Part shown: positions 13,101-25,083 of the stretch, in pieces
How positions within the stretch are numbered: the first letter of the stretch is position 1
How the letters are laid out: each line of letters starts with the position of its first letter
Assembly: GCA_048772705.1 (NCBI GenBank)
Contig: JBLWGC010000051.1
Span: 304,268 to 368,267 of the forward strand
DNA length: 64,000 nucleotides
Source of the DNA: Leidyana gryllorum EB-2025a
Taxonomy: Eukaryota; Protista; Apicomplexa
Reading direction: 5' to 3'
The notes under the pieces: model-generated
Told to the model about the DNA's origin: nothing
Database searches by the model: none
The model's input: the letters and a program-made list of their open reading frames with translations, nothing else
Made by a program: the position numbers and the translations under genes

Positions 13101-16100
13101 GTAGGAGACGGCAAACAACTGTCTGCCGTGGGATCGCCCTCCATGGACTCGCAGTGTTCAGGTGTGGATGCCATCTTTGTGCTGGAGGGTCTCGATTCTG
13201 TCGATCCCACCTGCGAGCGATCTTTTGAGGGGAACCCAGTGGTCGGCGTTCTTTTCGGCTGACGCCCGGCTGGAGATGGTGTTGGGGTGCGATCGTCCCA
13301 GGAAGATCGCACCAGCAGGGGACGCGGCGGATCGGGGGCACAAGAGACAGGGGTGGCCGGGGCAAGTACCCGCCGGGCGGTGACCATGGGAGCCCGACTC
13401 AAGTTCCCCAACCCTTGCACTCTGATCATTGAAGCATATAAGCCGTCCTACAGAGTATACGAGAGTGGTATTCCATCAATACTCACCCCCTCGTCGCTTA
13501 CCTGTTTCATGAGGGACTCGTGCGTTCCTGTTTCGCAGACGAAGCTTCTCACGGAACTATTGACATGGCCAATATTGGCAAAGGTCTGGAATACAACGAT
13601 TCGATCGGCTTTGCGTATGGTGGAGAGTTTATGTGCCACCATTAGGGTGGTACAGCGTCGCTCTTTGACGTATTTGAATATATTATTGAGCACAATCCTC
13701 TCGGACTCATTGTCCAAAGCGGAAGTTGCTTCGTCCAGAACCAGAATCTTGGGTCGTTTGATCAGCGCTCGTGCAATAGCGAGACGTTGCCGTTGTCCGC
13801 CACTCAATTTACTGCCATTGACCCCCACAAGGGTATTATATCCATGCGGTAGCATCTCAATGAATGAATGAGCATTGGCCAGTTTTGCTGCCTCCAGAAC
13901 TTCGGCATCACTTCCGTTCACCTTTCCATGTAATATATTGTCTTTGACACTGGCATTCAGTAATTCCGCATCCTGCCCGACGTATCCGATCTGCGAGCGC
14001 CACTGGTTGACATTGAGCTCTCGCAATGGTCTGCAAACACAGTTTGGAAGACTGATAGAGACGAGTAGGAGGCTCACACTCCATCGATGCGCAAACATCC
14101 CGAAATTGGATCCACAAAACGCATTACTAGTCTAGCTATGGTGGATTTTCCACACCCTGATGGACCAACAAAGGCTGCCACATCGCCTGATTCTATGACA
14201 ATATTCAAGTCGCTGAATACAAAGGCGCCTTGCATTGGCAGAGGAACACCACGCTGCATCGCAAATCCCCCGAGATCAATATAGATAACTCACTTCTTCA
14301 GCAGCTAATTGTGCTTTTGCACTAGCTTTCACCGAAGGACTGCTTGACGTCAATCGATTCAAACGGGTTGAGTGTTTTGCAGTCACTTCCCGTGCAAGCT
14401 TCAGATGCGTGGGTAAACCATGTCCAACTTCCTCTTTGGGTAGAGCCTCCAGATCATACGCATAGACAACATGTTCGAATGTCAGCTTCCCCCGAACCTT
14501 CATGCTTCGTAGGCGACTGCAGCTGCTGCTCGAGGCATTGGATCGATGACGCGGGGAGTGAGAGGTGGAAAGCATTCGGCCCGAATTAGTCAAACACGGG
14601 ATTTTGGAGTTTCGACCCATTACGGCCAACAATGCTTCGACCGCCCCCCGACCCTATCGCAAGATTACGACAGAGACGTGGCGTACCCACCTTCAGAACC
14701 GCATTCAGTGGGGGTGTTGCCTGCCCGAGAGCAAAAGCACCGAATGCCACGCAGAAGAACACCGATATGCCATCTCCAACCGATAAACACCCTGGTGTGT
14801 CCGGCACACACCCCTTTCGCAAGTCTGCCATTAGCATCCTGCCTTGAACCCAAAACCCGAGCGCATAGAAAGCAAATAGACTGCCCATCACCAGGCCCAT
14901 ACCAACCCCCAATATGATGGAACCGGTAGTTGCCGTCTTTAGCGCGGCGTTCGTCGCTATCCCATACTGAGTCACAAACATGCTCTCCAAGCCATAGGCT
15001 ATCATGGTCCTGACATTACTGAGAGCTTCCTCCACCACGGCAGCAGATTCGACGAATGAGCGTCGCAGGGCTTCACTGCAACTGATCAAAGCCCAGTACG
15101 TGAAGGCACCCCCAGCCAGAAGAGCGGGGATCATGCCACTAAGCACCAATGCCAACCGCCAGTTCAAGCTGAGAGCCACGATGTATCCGGCAACGAATTG
15201 CGACAGGAGGATACTCAGCTGCGAGACTGATTTGCAGCGAGGGCTTGCGAACCTACCTGCCCTAATTTGCTGCCCAGTGCAGCTCGTACACAGGTCCCCT
15301 GTTGTGTTACAAGGTCCTCCAGTTCTCCTGCGTTGTAGGAGGAGCAGAAGGCTTGATCTTGGTTGAGGATGGCATGGTAGAAAGTAGCCTGCAGTCTAGC
15401 TAGTTGATTCTCTGCACTCCATTCCAGCAGAGTAGTGCCGGCCCATGAAGCCAGAAAGCTGGCAAACTGATCTAGGATGTGAGAGTTTCGATTCCACTCA
15501 CCCCGGCTAAGGCTTGCATTTCGCACCAAAAATTGATGGAGGGTATATTCTGATCCCGAGCAGCATCCAGAAACTTGCCGGAGAAGAGAACTCCAATTGG
15601 CTGCGAATGCGTCACCGCGATACAACACACATAGACGGGGGCGGGGAGGAGCAGATCAAAGAGAAGATCGAGCACAACACAAAGAACACTCACGGAATCC
15701 CAGTCGGGATCGCGAAGCATTAGCACATAACATCTCGGTGGAACAACGGTAGTACCAGAAGGGAGCCGCTTATGACATTGATGCATATTCCAGCATACGT
15801 GTATTTGCGATCACGTGGGGTCGCGAAACAGAAAAGGGTTCGGTTGAGGTCGTCATCCGGCCGATGCGACTTGGAGGTAGCCAGAGAGGCTTCAGTTGGC
15901 GAGGCAGTGAGGGATGAAAGCGATGTTAGAGATTTCAGACGCGTTATACGTGACCTCTGTGGCTGTATCGAAGCATTAGATATAAGAGGGAGGAAAATTG
16001 TTGATATCTGCAGACGACTCTCCAGAGGGTTGGCTACCGGCTCATTGACACCAAGGAATAAGTCATTGGTCGTTTGCACAGTTCGAGTGAGAGGATGGAT

Positions 16101-16178
16101 CGGACTGGGGCGGTTCCACACCTCCGTCTTCAAATCATCCAGCTGCCTCAGACTCTTGTCACTATCCGAATGAAGCAT
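10199..16178 (-). CDS. Full-length ABCB (MDR/P-glycoprotein) transporter, TMD-NBD-TMD-NBD
   Basis: Two Walker A motifs ([18 protein letters not shown]), two LSGGQRQR signatures, two LDEATSALD motifs, two membrane domains; several short introns. Confidence 0.93.
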
Positions 16179-16201
16179 GACATAAAATTTCAGGCGATGT
16201 C

Positions 16202-19200
16202 ATGACCATATCACCTGCTCCCGATCATGATGGACGATTGAGAAGCTGCATGGAAAGCATGTCTGGGAATGATCAACAGCAAATGGAGGCTCCCCTCGTG
16301 CGTCCGCGCCGGTTGCATGCCAGATCGACCACACATCTCGCTCAACGCATCTCTGCTGCAGGTAAGCCACCCGACATAGTTCGTTATGTTATATATCTCA
16401 AGTTTTCTGGCAGGAGTCGGGAGGGATGCTCAAATGCCCTGTTGCTGCATCAAGTGCGTGAGGGGAGTTTTCGCAGGGCGTTTCTTCTACGTTAAGCAAA
16501 ATTCGGTACGTGAGACTGGCACTGGGGTCTTCAATATCTCCGCAGAGTGAAACGCTGGGCTCATCGTGGTCTGATCCTGCGGTGACACTATCTTTGGAAT
16601 CGGGAATAGGAATATCTAACGTCCATGCGAACATCGCCTGTCACAGCCAGGAGAACAATCGTCTGCCGAGCATTCAGTTGACTGATCTCTCGTCGGGCGA
16701 AGGAGCCGGAACATACGTCCGGGTCCGACATATTGCACCTCGGGTCCTGGAGGCCGGTCAAGAGATCGTCTTGGAGCTCCTGAGTCCCTCTCCAAAGTCT
16801 CATGACTTCAAGGCGAGGGAGACCGACAGATTATCACAGCCCTCTCCTCATTATTCTCGCGGGATGTTCGACTCGCCTCTGACTGGGCCACCACAGGGCG
16901 AGTCGCTCTCCGTGGAGATGGGAGAGCCGCTCACTGAGGAGGAGGCGTTTGAGGAGTTCCTCAACGCCTTTGAAATTACGGGGATCATCCGTAACTGGGT
17001 GCAGGATCACGTGCGTAAGATGGAAGGGAAGGATCTCTTTGAGAAATTCTTGAACTTCACGAGTTCAGATGCATTCAACACAGTGAGTTTGTCTCGTCTT
17101 CTGGTCATTGAGTATTCAGCGGATGAATACCCTAGCGTTAGAAACACAAGTTTTACTGCATACTGCCAGCATGGACCTCCCTTACTACACTCCCTGGGAG
17201 GAGAAGAGTCGCCCTCTGTTGCTCTACCACACTCGGACGCGCCAGTTATTGGCCCGCGTGACGTGGACGGGGACTTATTTGGTTGCATACGACGACGATC
17301 GGCCCGAATATCCCGACCCGAGGTCTCTGGTCCCCACCCTTCCCGCTGCCTGCGCTGGAGTTGAGCAGACGAATGCCAGTCATTTTGCATCCCCCCCTGA
17401 CCCCGCCGAAGGCGCCCATCTGCAAGGTGCCACCCAAGATCTCTCGGGGACTGAAGGTATTCCATGGACAACAGATGACTCCGATGCGTCAGCAGAGAAT
17501 AGCGAAGCAGACCAAGACGACTCTCCCGACTCCAACACTCCGGCGGACGACGGCAGAATACTCACTCGTAAAATTCACCCTCTGGTCTCGCAAGCCGTAA
17601 GGCCAGCTGTCAAGAGCGATGATGCAAAACAGGGACACCCGCCCCCGCAACAAGATATCGGCGTTGTAGCAGAGCCGAGTAAACATATCCATGGGAGATG
17701 CAGGGCGAGGCCTCCTCAAGCTCAGCCCCACCCCGTTGACCATTTGACACAACGCATGGTGGATTTCGGCAGCAATGCCGTTCAGGACGCCAGCGTCTCA
17801 TCTCTTCCGATATTCCCGTCCTACGCAACCGGCGAACCAGCGCCTCCGCCGGATCGGTCTCGATTGCCCATGCAGAGTGGACTCCAACACGGCAGTTGTT
17901 GTACACACCGCCAGCGAATGGAGAATAAAGCGTGTGACTTGCCCGTGGGAGCACCAGATGGGAAACCTGCCGAGGAAGGAGACATGTCGCGAGATGCCCT
18001 CAAGACAGATTTGGTCCCGAATGTCATCAGCTCTCCCGAGTCTTCCGCTTCCTCTGCGCTGCTTCCCGAAGCTGTATTGGAAGAGACGGACGAGAATGAC
18101 GTGCTAAGTGACGACGAGCAGGACTCGCCCCGTCCAAAAGCTGTTGAGTGTGAGTCAGAAGAAGAGATCCCGGATTCGGCTCAAACACTCGCTCTGAGGC
18201 CAGCCGCTGATGACGCGGTCCTCGAACCGCCCATTATTGGCGGCTCCTTCACACTTGGCAAACGTCAAGCTCCAGTCCAAGTCCCATGTACCTCGCGACC
18301 GCCAACTGGCAAGTGGTTTGCATCATCTAATGGGAATTCGACCAACACCGCCACTCAACAGCCGTTCGAAGAGTTCCGGTTCGCCACGTCTCCCTTGGCT
18401 CCGGACTATTTGCACAAATCGGCCTCTGGGACAAAGGATCATAATGCGACCCCTTCCAAGATGGTTGATGGAAAACGGCTTGTTGCTCAATACGTTGCTT
18501 CTCCTCCGTCTGTGCAGCGTAAAGCGCCCACTGCCAGCGGTGCCAGCGGCAATTGGAAACGCTGCGAATCGGGTTTTGCCGAATATACCTTGACTGCTTT
18601 GTTCAGTGCGCCTTCGCGCAGCAACGCGCGTACGGACAATCGTCAGGGATCTCACCCTGTCGTCGCACGAAACACCGTCAATGCTTCCGCACCTGCGTCT
18701 AATGCCCCGTCTCAAGGGGCCTCCCCTAGTAATGTTCAACGACAGACGTTATCTTTTCCCCTTGACAATACTGCTCCTCACTCGGTTACACGCCGAACAC
18801 TCCCTGCAGCCCCGTCCGCTCCTCCGGCGGTGGCATATGTGTCTGCAAATCAAACCACCTCAGCTTCTACGGCACCCACTAATACTCGCACCCGGATCTG
18901 GACCAATCACCATAGCCCTGAGAGAGTACATCCCCCAACGCGAGTATTCCAGGCGAGACCCGGAGAACATTGGGCCACGCCTCCCGACTCGCCAATCATC
19001 CAGCCTTCGTGGCCAGGCGTCTTGGTGGAGAATGGAGCCAACGACCAAGCGACACCCTCCCGCATCTTCAGTCCCTTCAAGATGCTCACCGGATGGCTGT
19101 CGAAGCAAGAGGGCCGATTGAGTGCTTCCTGTCCCGTACAGATCCAGCCAGGAACTCTGGACAACGAAAGTGCCAAAGCGCTACCGATTGCGGATGCTGC

Positions 19201-21276
19201 GGGAGAAGATGTGATGCACCCGAGCCGAGTGGTGTCCGACCCTTGCGTCTCCCCATCAACCCCCACGCCAGATCAGCAACAAAACTTCTCTTCCATACGT
19301 CATCTACAGCAGTGCTGTGCGATACCCACTGCCCCACTAACCGTATTCTCGCCCATTGTCAAGGAGGTCGCCAAACCGGCCCTTGGAGGAGTCGTATTTT
19401 GGATGAATGCTCATCTATCTGACTCTGAACTACAAATAGGCACGGGGAGCCACCCATCAGCTCCACCTCCTCAGAAGATTCCCGATTTGAACAAACCCTC
19501 CCCCTTCAGCTCTGAGCCCATATATAACAACCGCGGCTTGGGCTTACCTTTGCTGTACGCAATGCTGCCCCGACGGTACCAACTGACATCGGTGAGGTTC
19601 CCAGCCTGGCGGCATTTCCCGAGACAGCTTCCTCCTTTACAGTCACGGAACGGGAGTATACTGATAACGGTTGGTGAGGACGAAACTGTCGTCGACGAAT
19701 CCCTCTGGGTGAGGGTTCGCCGGTGTCGAGACTGGCTACGGAGGACACCGCAACAATGTCTCATCGAAGCCGCAATGGTAAGTCAACTTAAAAGACGACT
19801 GATGACTTTTTCTTCACTGTCGACAGCCTCGGCATCGCCACTGGGTGCGCTTGAATCCCGCGTTCGGCTCGGGTTTCCATCTCACCATCCGCTATGAACA
19901 GGGGCGGTATCGCCTCTATGAGACCTTCCCCGCATACTCGAACGACTTTGCCTTCGTTCCTCCTATCTTACGTTGCACTGAGGACTACGACGCTCAGCAT
20001 CAGCCAGCATCTTTCCCTGTGGTCAGTCAAGAAGCGACGGTGTGTCCATCGATGACAATCAATATGTATCAGATCGACGTAATTGAAGCCGTTTGGGTGA
20101 AGCTCAGGCCCCGTGTTGAGCAGCACGAACTAAGATTCGACGACGTATTCCGGATCGGCAATCTTACGTTCCAAGTGCTGCGACACAACGCAGGTTACGG
20201 AGGCCTGCAGGGATTCCGAGCATCAATGGAGGATGAAGAGGTTGCGTTTCAGGATTTGGGTATCTCGGAGAAAATTCCGGTGTCCTTTTACGCGGTGTAT
20301 GACGGGTATGTGTGGCCCGGTGTTTCTTCTTTCCCAATGTTCAATCTCTCTCACAGACATGGAGGAAAGGAGTGTGCGACATTCCTCCGCGAAGAATTAC
20401 ATTTATCGTTCCTCCATCAGCTCAAGATTCTAGGTGGAGACATTGATGAATCACCAAACGCATTAAAACTGTTGTTCGAAGCGCTCTATAGATCTTTCGT
20501 AATCAGTGATCGTTGCTTCTTGAGACAGCAACTGGATCGTGTGAGAGTTACGGGGCTTCGAAACGGACCGGGCGGAGCGGCAATAGTAGTCGCTATGGCC
20601 GGTGATGTTATCATGTGTGCGAATTCTGGCGATGCCCGAGCTGTATTATGTCGCGACGGTAAAGCTATCGCATTGTCCAACGATCACAAGCCCGTATGTC
20701 TTTGTTTGATAATTCTCACTATTCAGCTGCATTACAGGATCGGCTCGATGAACTCGATCGGATCACTCGTGCGGGCGGGTTTGTCAAGAACCGCAGAGTC
20801 TTAGGCCGCTTGGCAGTCTCCCGCGCTTTTGGTGACATTGAATATAAGGTACGGTATCATGAAAAGCGTCATCGATCTATTTTCACAGAATGTGGCTGGA
20901 AACTCCCCCTCATTGGTCATTGTGGATCCTGAGATACGGTTGATCGACGGTATCACCGCCGATGATGAGTTTCTGCTGTTGGCGTGTGATGGACTATTTG
21001 ACGTATATACGAGTCAAGATGCGGTGAATCACATCCGTGCGGCACTCGCGGCACAGCCGCCGTTCCAGCAGGTAAGGCGAAGCGAGAGGGAGGAATGTAC
21101 GACATGAGGCTTTCCAGGATGCACAACGAGTCGTATCTGGATTGGTTCAAGAAGCAATCGAAACACGACAGAGCAGGTGGGTAGTCTTGTCACCCGCCCT
21201 GATTGGAAACATTACTGATTGTAGAGACAACGTGTCGGCTATTCTGATTACTTTGAACCCTTGTATAACCCCATGA
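16202..21276 (+). CDS. PP2C/PPM phosphatase with FHA-like domain(s) and a long low-complexity insert
   Basis: QGFRASMED, VYDG|HGG, ANSGDARAV, DHKP, LAVSRAFGD, LACDGLFD, RDNVS. N-terminal ISNVHANI...LTDLSS...GTYV is FHA-like. Intron 17083-17119 joins the ORFs in frame. Confidence 0.85.
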
Positions 21277-21309
21277 AACTGTTGGAAGAAGCTTTTTGGT
21301 GTGGAAAAA

Positions 21310-22012
21310 ATGGATTCTCTTTGGACTCGTCTGTCCAATCTCATCAGCTGCTACATAGCTGTATTAGCCTGCTGTGGCCTGTTCAACTATGGTACTGGAC
21401 GACTGCTGTTCTGGGCGTCATCTTATCCCACCACCATCAAGTCCATCAATCCCATAGACTTTGGGAGCAATCGCTACTTGAAGGTGAGGGGACCAGAGTA
21501 TATATTGTATTCTATACTGTTGCCAGGCTGATCAAATATTGTTCTCTATGGACATGCATTCGGATTTGTCTCGAGCGTTCCAATGGAACACACATCAACT
21601 TTTCGTCTTTACACAGGGTGACTATTCGGTGAGAGAACTATTCTCGATCGACTCCCATCAATTAGATATTGTAGTTACCGGACGTGAGACCCCGAAACGA
21701 AGTTGTTTTCTGGGATGCTATCGCCCGCAATGCTGAAGAGGCCAACATAACCAGGTCCAATGAGTTGGCCGACTACTATTTCCGCGATTATGGCCGCCGA
21801 CACCTCCTCGATCGCACAGTCAACGTCCGCTTAAGATACCAATTCATGCCCAAAACGGGGTTCTTCCATGTAAGCACTGTGGCAGGACAAATGACGGTTG
21901 GCGATCTCATTATGTGCAGACAGTGGATGTTGCGACAAGCGAGGTGAAGATTCCAGGAGAATATCAAACAGCAGCTGACCCACGGGCTAAGCGCCATTCA
22001 TATAAGTGGTAG
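21310..22012 (+). CDS. SPCS3: Signal peptidase complex subunit SPC22/23
   Basis: N-terminal TM; DLSRAFQWNTHQLFVF, RNEVVFWD, YYFRD, MPKTG; three introns, last exon 21920-22012. Confidence 0.88.
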
Positions 22013-24659
22013 TCTGACTGACGACCCCCTTAACGGAGGTTATGAGTGCCCTTCGGTCGTCGGCTGAGGCCAAGTGGGGTGTCGTAGAGAGCGCTGTGAC
22101 AAATCTATTCTCAAGATTCTCGAAGAACCGAACGAGCTCCAGTCTCTTGGCCTCTCTGGATGCCTCTTCCACCTTCCTCCAGGCACCTATCGTCTCATTG
22201 AGACTGCTGACCAAAACTTTGATAAGTTTCTCAATAGAGGGACCAATATCAGCCGTTTTATCACCGTGGGCACAAATGTCCTCTGCAACACGTGCCACGT
22301 GGCGCAGTTGTTTCAATTTGATCTCCAGAGTGTCATTCTGGAGCTTCGCGATCTCTGTCAACAAACCCCACACACGGTACCGATCGACACAGTGCTCAAG
22401 TGGCTCGTCGTACGTTCCGCTCGATGGGAGTGGGAACGAATAGATGAGCGAATAGTCTTGAAACAAACCTAATGCTCGCTGTATCAAATGTTGGAAGCTC
22501 ATTCTCAACCCCTCCTTGGTGGTTTCCGTGACGTCTCCGCTGCACTTCTCTCTCAACTCATCAGCCTTGCCCAGTACTGACTTGACGACGTAATGCAGCA
22601 TCCAAGTGCCGATCGCATCGGCTTGTTTGAATGCCACCAACCGCTCCAGGGCGTCCAGCGTGGCAAATAGATCATCAGTCTTGATGGCGATCTTGGCGTA
22701 TGTGTCCCACATTCTCCAAGTGTTTCCACCACCCAATCCTAAAGAAGCCGTCTGTGATTGCTTCACAGCATTCTGAATGCATCGCTTCGCCGCTTCCCAA
22801 TTGTCCATCTTGGCGTGAATCGATGACATGTTAGCCCATGCTTCCGAAGCCTCATCTTCCAGATTCACTACCGTCTTGAACGCACTCAGTGCATCTGACA
22901 AGCGTCCCAGATGCATCAAGACGCATCCATACGTGAATTGAGTCTTTGGTTGGAGTGGTTGCAACTCCAAAGCCTTCTGAAACCACTCTGCAGCGCTCTT
23001 GAGGTCTCCATTCTCGAAGTACAAGCGGCCCAGGGACCTGGGCGCTCTGGCATAGTGATGCGAGCTTAGAGCCCAAGCTTTCGTGTAGAACTCCGACTCC
23101 CTCTTCAGATCACCCAGGGAGCACAAGAGAGCTGGTGTCTCTCCGACCTCAGCCATCTTCGCCTCCACAAATTCCAGTGCTTCATTCTTCCGGCCTGCTG
23201 CTGCCAAACATTGGACACACTCATCGTACATCCGCATGGCTTCGAACATCTTCTTGGCAGTCAAGACTGATCCAATCTGCACAAACTTGTGCCCGACCTC
23301 CAACTTCATCTCCCAGATATTGGGGAAGTCGAGCATCCAGGCGTACAGAAGCCTTGTAGGGCTGCTTGGAGTCGGGTCGCGATACTGGTCCTCCAAACTG
23401 AGCATCTGCAAGCAACTTCTCTCTCTCCACTTGTTGCGATTAAACTCAGCTTTGCTCCGCAGCCACAGTCCGTAGCTGAAAATCAGCCAGTTGCCGCACG
23501 ATGTCTTCTCGCCAACAACAATCTCTCCGTCTTCTCGTGTTATCTTCAGTTGCGACGAGCTGACGTCCGTTGGAGGGCGACGGAGACACTCGCGAACGAT
23601 TGTCGAAACAACGCTCCTGGCCAACTCGTCGCTGGCCGAAGATGTCTCGCACACCAAAGTACTCCAGGCCAACAGATACAGCTGTTTCTCAATACTGAGA
23701 GGGGCTCCAGTCTCTTGGTCTTGCTCAAACTTGGGTTCTTCGAGGACATCAGTTTCCGGGTCTATGTCCGTCAGTTTGACGGTGGTGGGGCCTTCACAGG
23801 CTGGAGCCACCGGGGCTGTGGTGTCACTGTCACCGAATATGTCGACAACCAGTTGAGGGAGAGCGTCTTGCTGATACTGTCGCTTGATTCCCAAACGCCC
23901 AGAGAGCTCGGCCCTATACGGGAGACTCGCGACCGCCTCTTTGAAGGCATCGGTCATCCCATATGTCGCATAGGCAGAGGCCAACTCGAGCTTCATCTGA
24001 TGCTGGAACCAACTCGGAGCCGCCTCGCACATTGGACTCTTCACCCAGTCGGCGAACTCCTCCACACCCACACGTCGTAGGGACGGGCACGGATGTCTGC
24101 GACCCCCGGAAACAGAGCGCTGGTGGCAGAGGGCATAACGGCCTCGCCACAGCGCGAGCGACTTGAGGTTGTCATCGTTGCTGAGAAGGTTGAGACAAAT
24201 ATGACGGGCGACGAGGAGCGCGGCGGGGACGTGGACAAAGTCCTGTAGGAGCTCTCCGTCGACTGATAGGGAAGTTTTGATATCTTTGACGTAGTCCGTG
24301 TCACAATCCTGGTTCGGATTGAGTTTCTTTGCACTGAAAAGTGTGGGAATATAGGGAGTCTCTGAGTCAGTTAGCGGAGGCCCTGTGGCATTGAGACGCC
24401 AAAAGAGTCGCAATCCCGTGACTGCGAGGGTGAGCGCTTCAATGGGGCTCAATTTCGCCGAATCTAAGGCTTGTTTGAGGTCTTCCACTGTGCTAAGGGT
24501 CTCTGCAGTCTTGGCCAAGGTGTTTAAGGTTCCGAATTGCGCAGAGAAAAGTGTTTGGTAGTCTTCGGAGAGAGCAGCATGGACGAGTGGTGAGGCATCA
24601 GTTACTTGTCCAGTGGCGAGTGCCAACTCGTCTATGTCCCAGGCAGGATGATCAGTCAT
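21987..24659 (-). CDS. TTC27: TPR protein, TTC27/Emw1-like
   Basis: Single 890-aa ORF; LSGRLGIKRQYQQ, LRSKAEF...ERSCLQM, YTKAWALS...ARAPRSLG followed by TPR repeats. Confidence 0.85.
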   Translation of the reverse strand: MTDHPAWDIDELALATGQVTDASPLVHAALSEDYQTLFSAQFGTLNTLAKTAETLSTVEDLKQALDSAKLSPIEALTLAVTGLRLFWRLNATGPPLTDSETPYIPTLFSAKKLNPNQDCDTDYVKDIKTSLSVDGELLQDFVHVPAALLVARHICLNLLSNDDNLKSLALWRGRYALCHQRSVSGGRRHPCPSLRRVGVEEFADWVKSPMCEAAPSWFQHQMKLELASAYATYGMTDAFKEAVASLPYRAELSGRLGIKRQYQQDALPQLVVDIFGDSDTTAPVAPACEGPTTVKLTDIDPETDVLEEPKFEQDQETGAPLSIEKQLYLLAWSTLVCETSSASDELARSVVSTIVRECLRRPPTDVSSSQLKITREDGEIVVGEKTSCGNWLIFSYGLWLRSKAEFNRNKWRERSCLQMLSLEDQYRDPTPSSPTRLLYAWMLDFPNIWEMKLEVGHKFVQIGSVLTAKKMFEAMRMYDECVQCLAAAGRKNEALEFVEAKMAEVGETPALLCSLGDLKRESEFYTKAWALSSHHYARAPRSLGRLYFENGDLKSAAEWFQKALELQPLQPKTQFTYGCVLMHLGRLSDALSAFKTVVNLEDEASEAWANMSSIHAKMDNWEAAKRCIQNAVKQSQTASLGLGGGNTWRMWDTYAKIAIKTDDLFATLDALERLVAFKQADAIGTWMLHYVVKSVLGKADELREKCSGDVTETTKEGLRMSFQHLIQRALGLFQDYSLIYSFPLPSSGTYDEPLEHCVDRYRVWGLLTEIAKLQNDTLEIKLKQLRHVARVAEDICAHGDKTADIGPSIEKLIKVLVSSLNETIGAWRKVEEASREAKRLELVRFFENLENRFVTALSTTPHLASADDRRALITSVKGVVSQTTTYMNGA

Positions 24660-25083
24660 TGTGAGTCTACAGCCGTTTTTGGAGGCAAAAAAACCGTCTC
24701 AGGCAGCAGAGAGCACTTGTTAGCAGTTTGAGTTCCATAATGACAACACCAATTTATGTAGAGAACGTACACTTGGGTCAGCTCCATCAGTGATGGTTAA
24801 TAGGAAGCCTGTGCAGCTTATGGGTTTGTGAAAAGGGAGAATGAGTGAGTACTGGATGTGAGCTAGGGTTTGAGAGTTGTTTGTGGTGGAAAAGAGTTGT
24901 GGATTCTGTCGGTTTTTTGGTTGTCTCACTGGCGGCTTCGGCATCTAGCCTTGACTTGGTGCTCTCCGCTTAGCTAGTTAGAATCTTGCGGAGTTGACGG
25001 TTGGTCTTGACCAGAAGAAAAATTTGTTGGAGGGCGTAGATGGCAGTATTACTACGGGTGAAATCCGTTGGCCGTATGTGAAG

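Noticed and set aside
1-16178. PKS plus ABCB exporter as a biosynthetic gene cluster
   Set aside because: They are separated by unrelated housekeeping genes such as MetRS; proximity in so dense a genome is weak evidence.
23289-24080. Long antisense ORFs opposite TTC27, MetRS, UTP25 and others
   Set aside because: Shadow frames of real genes in moderately GC-rich DNA, with no motifs.
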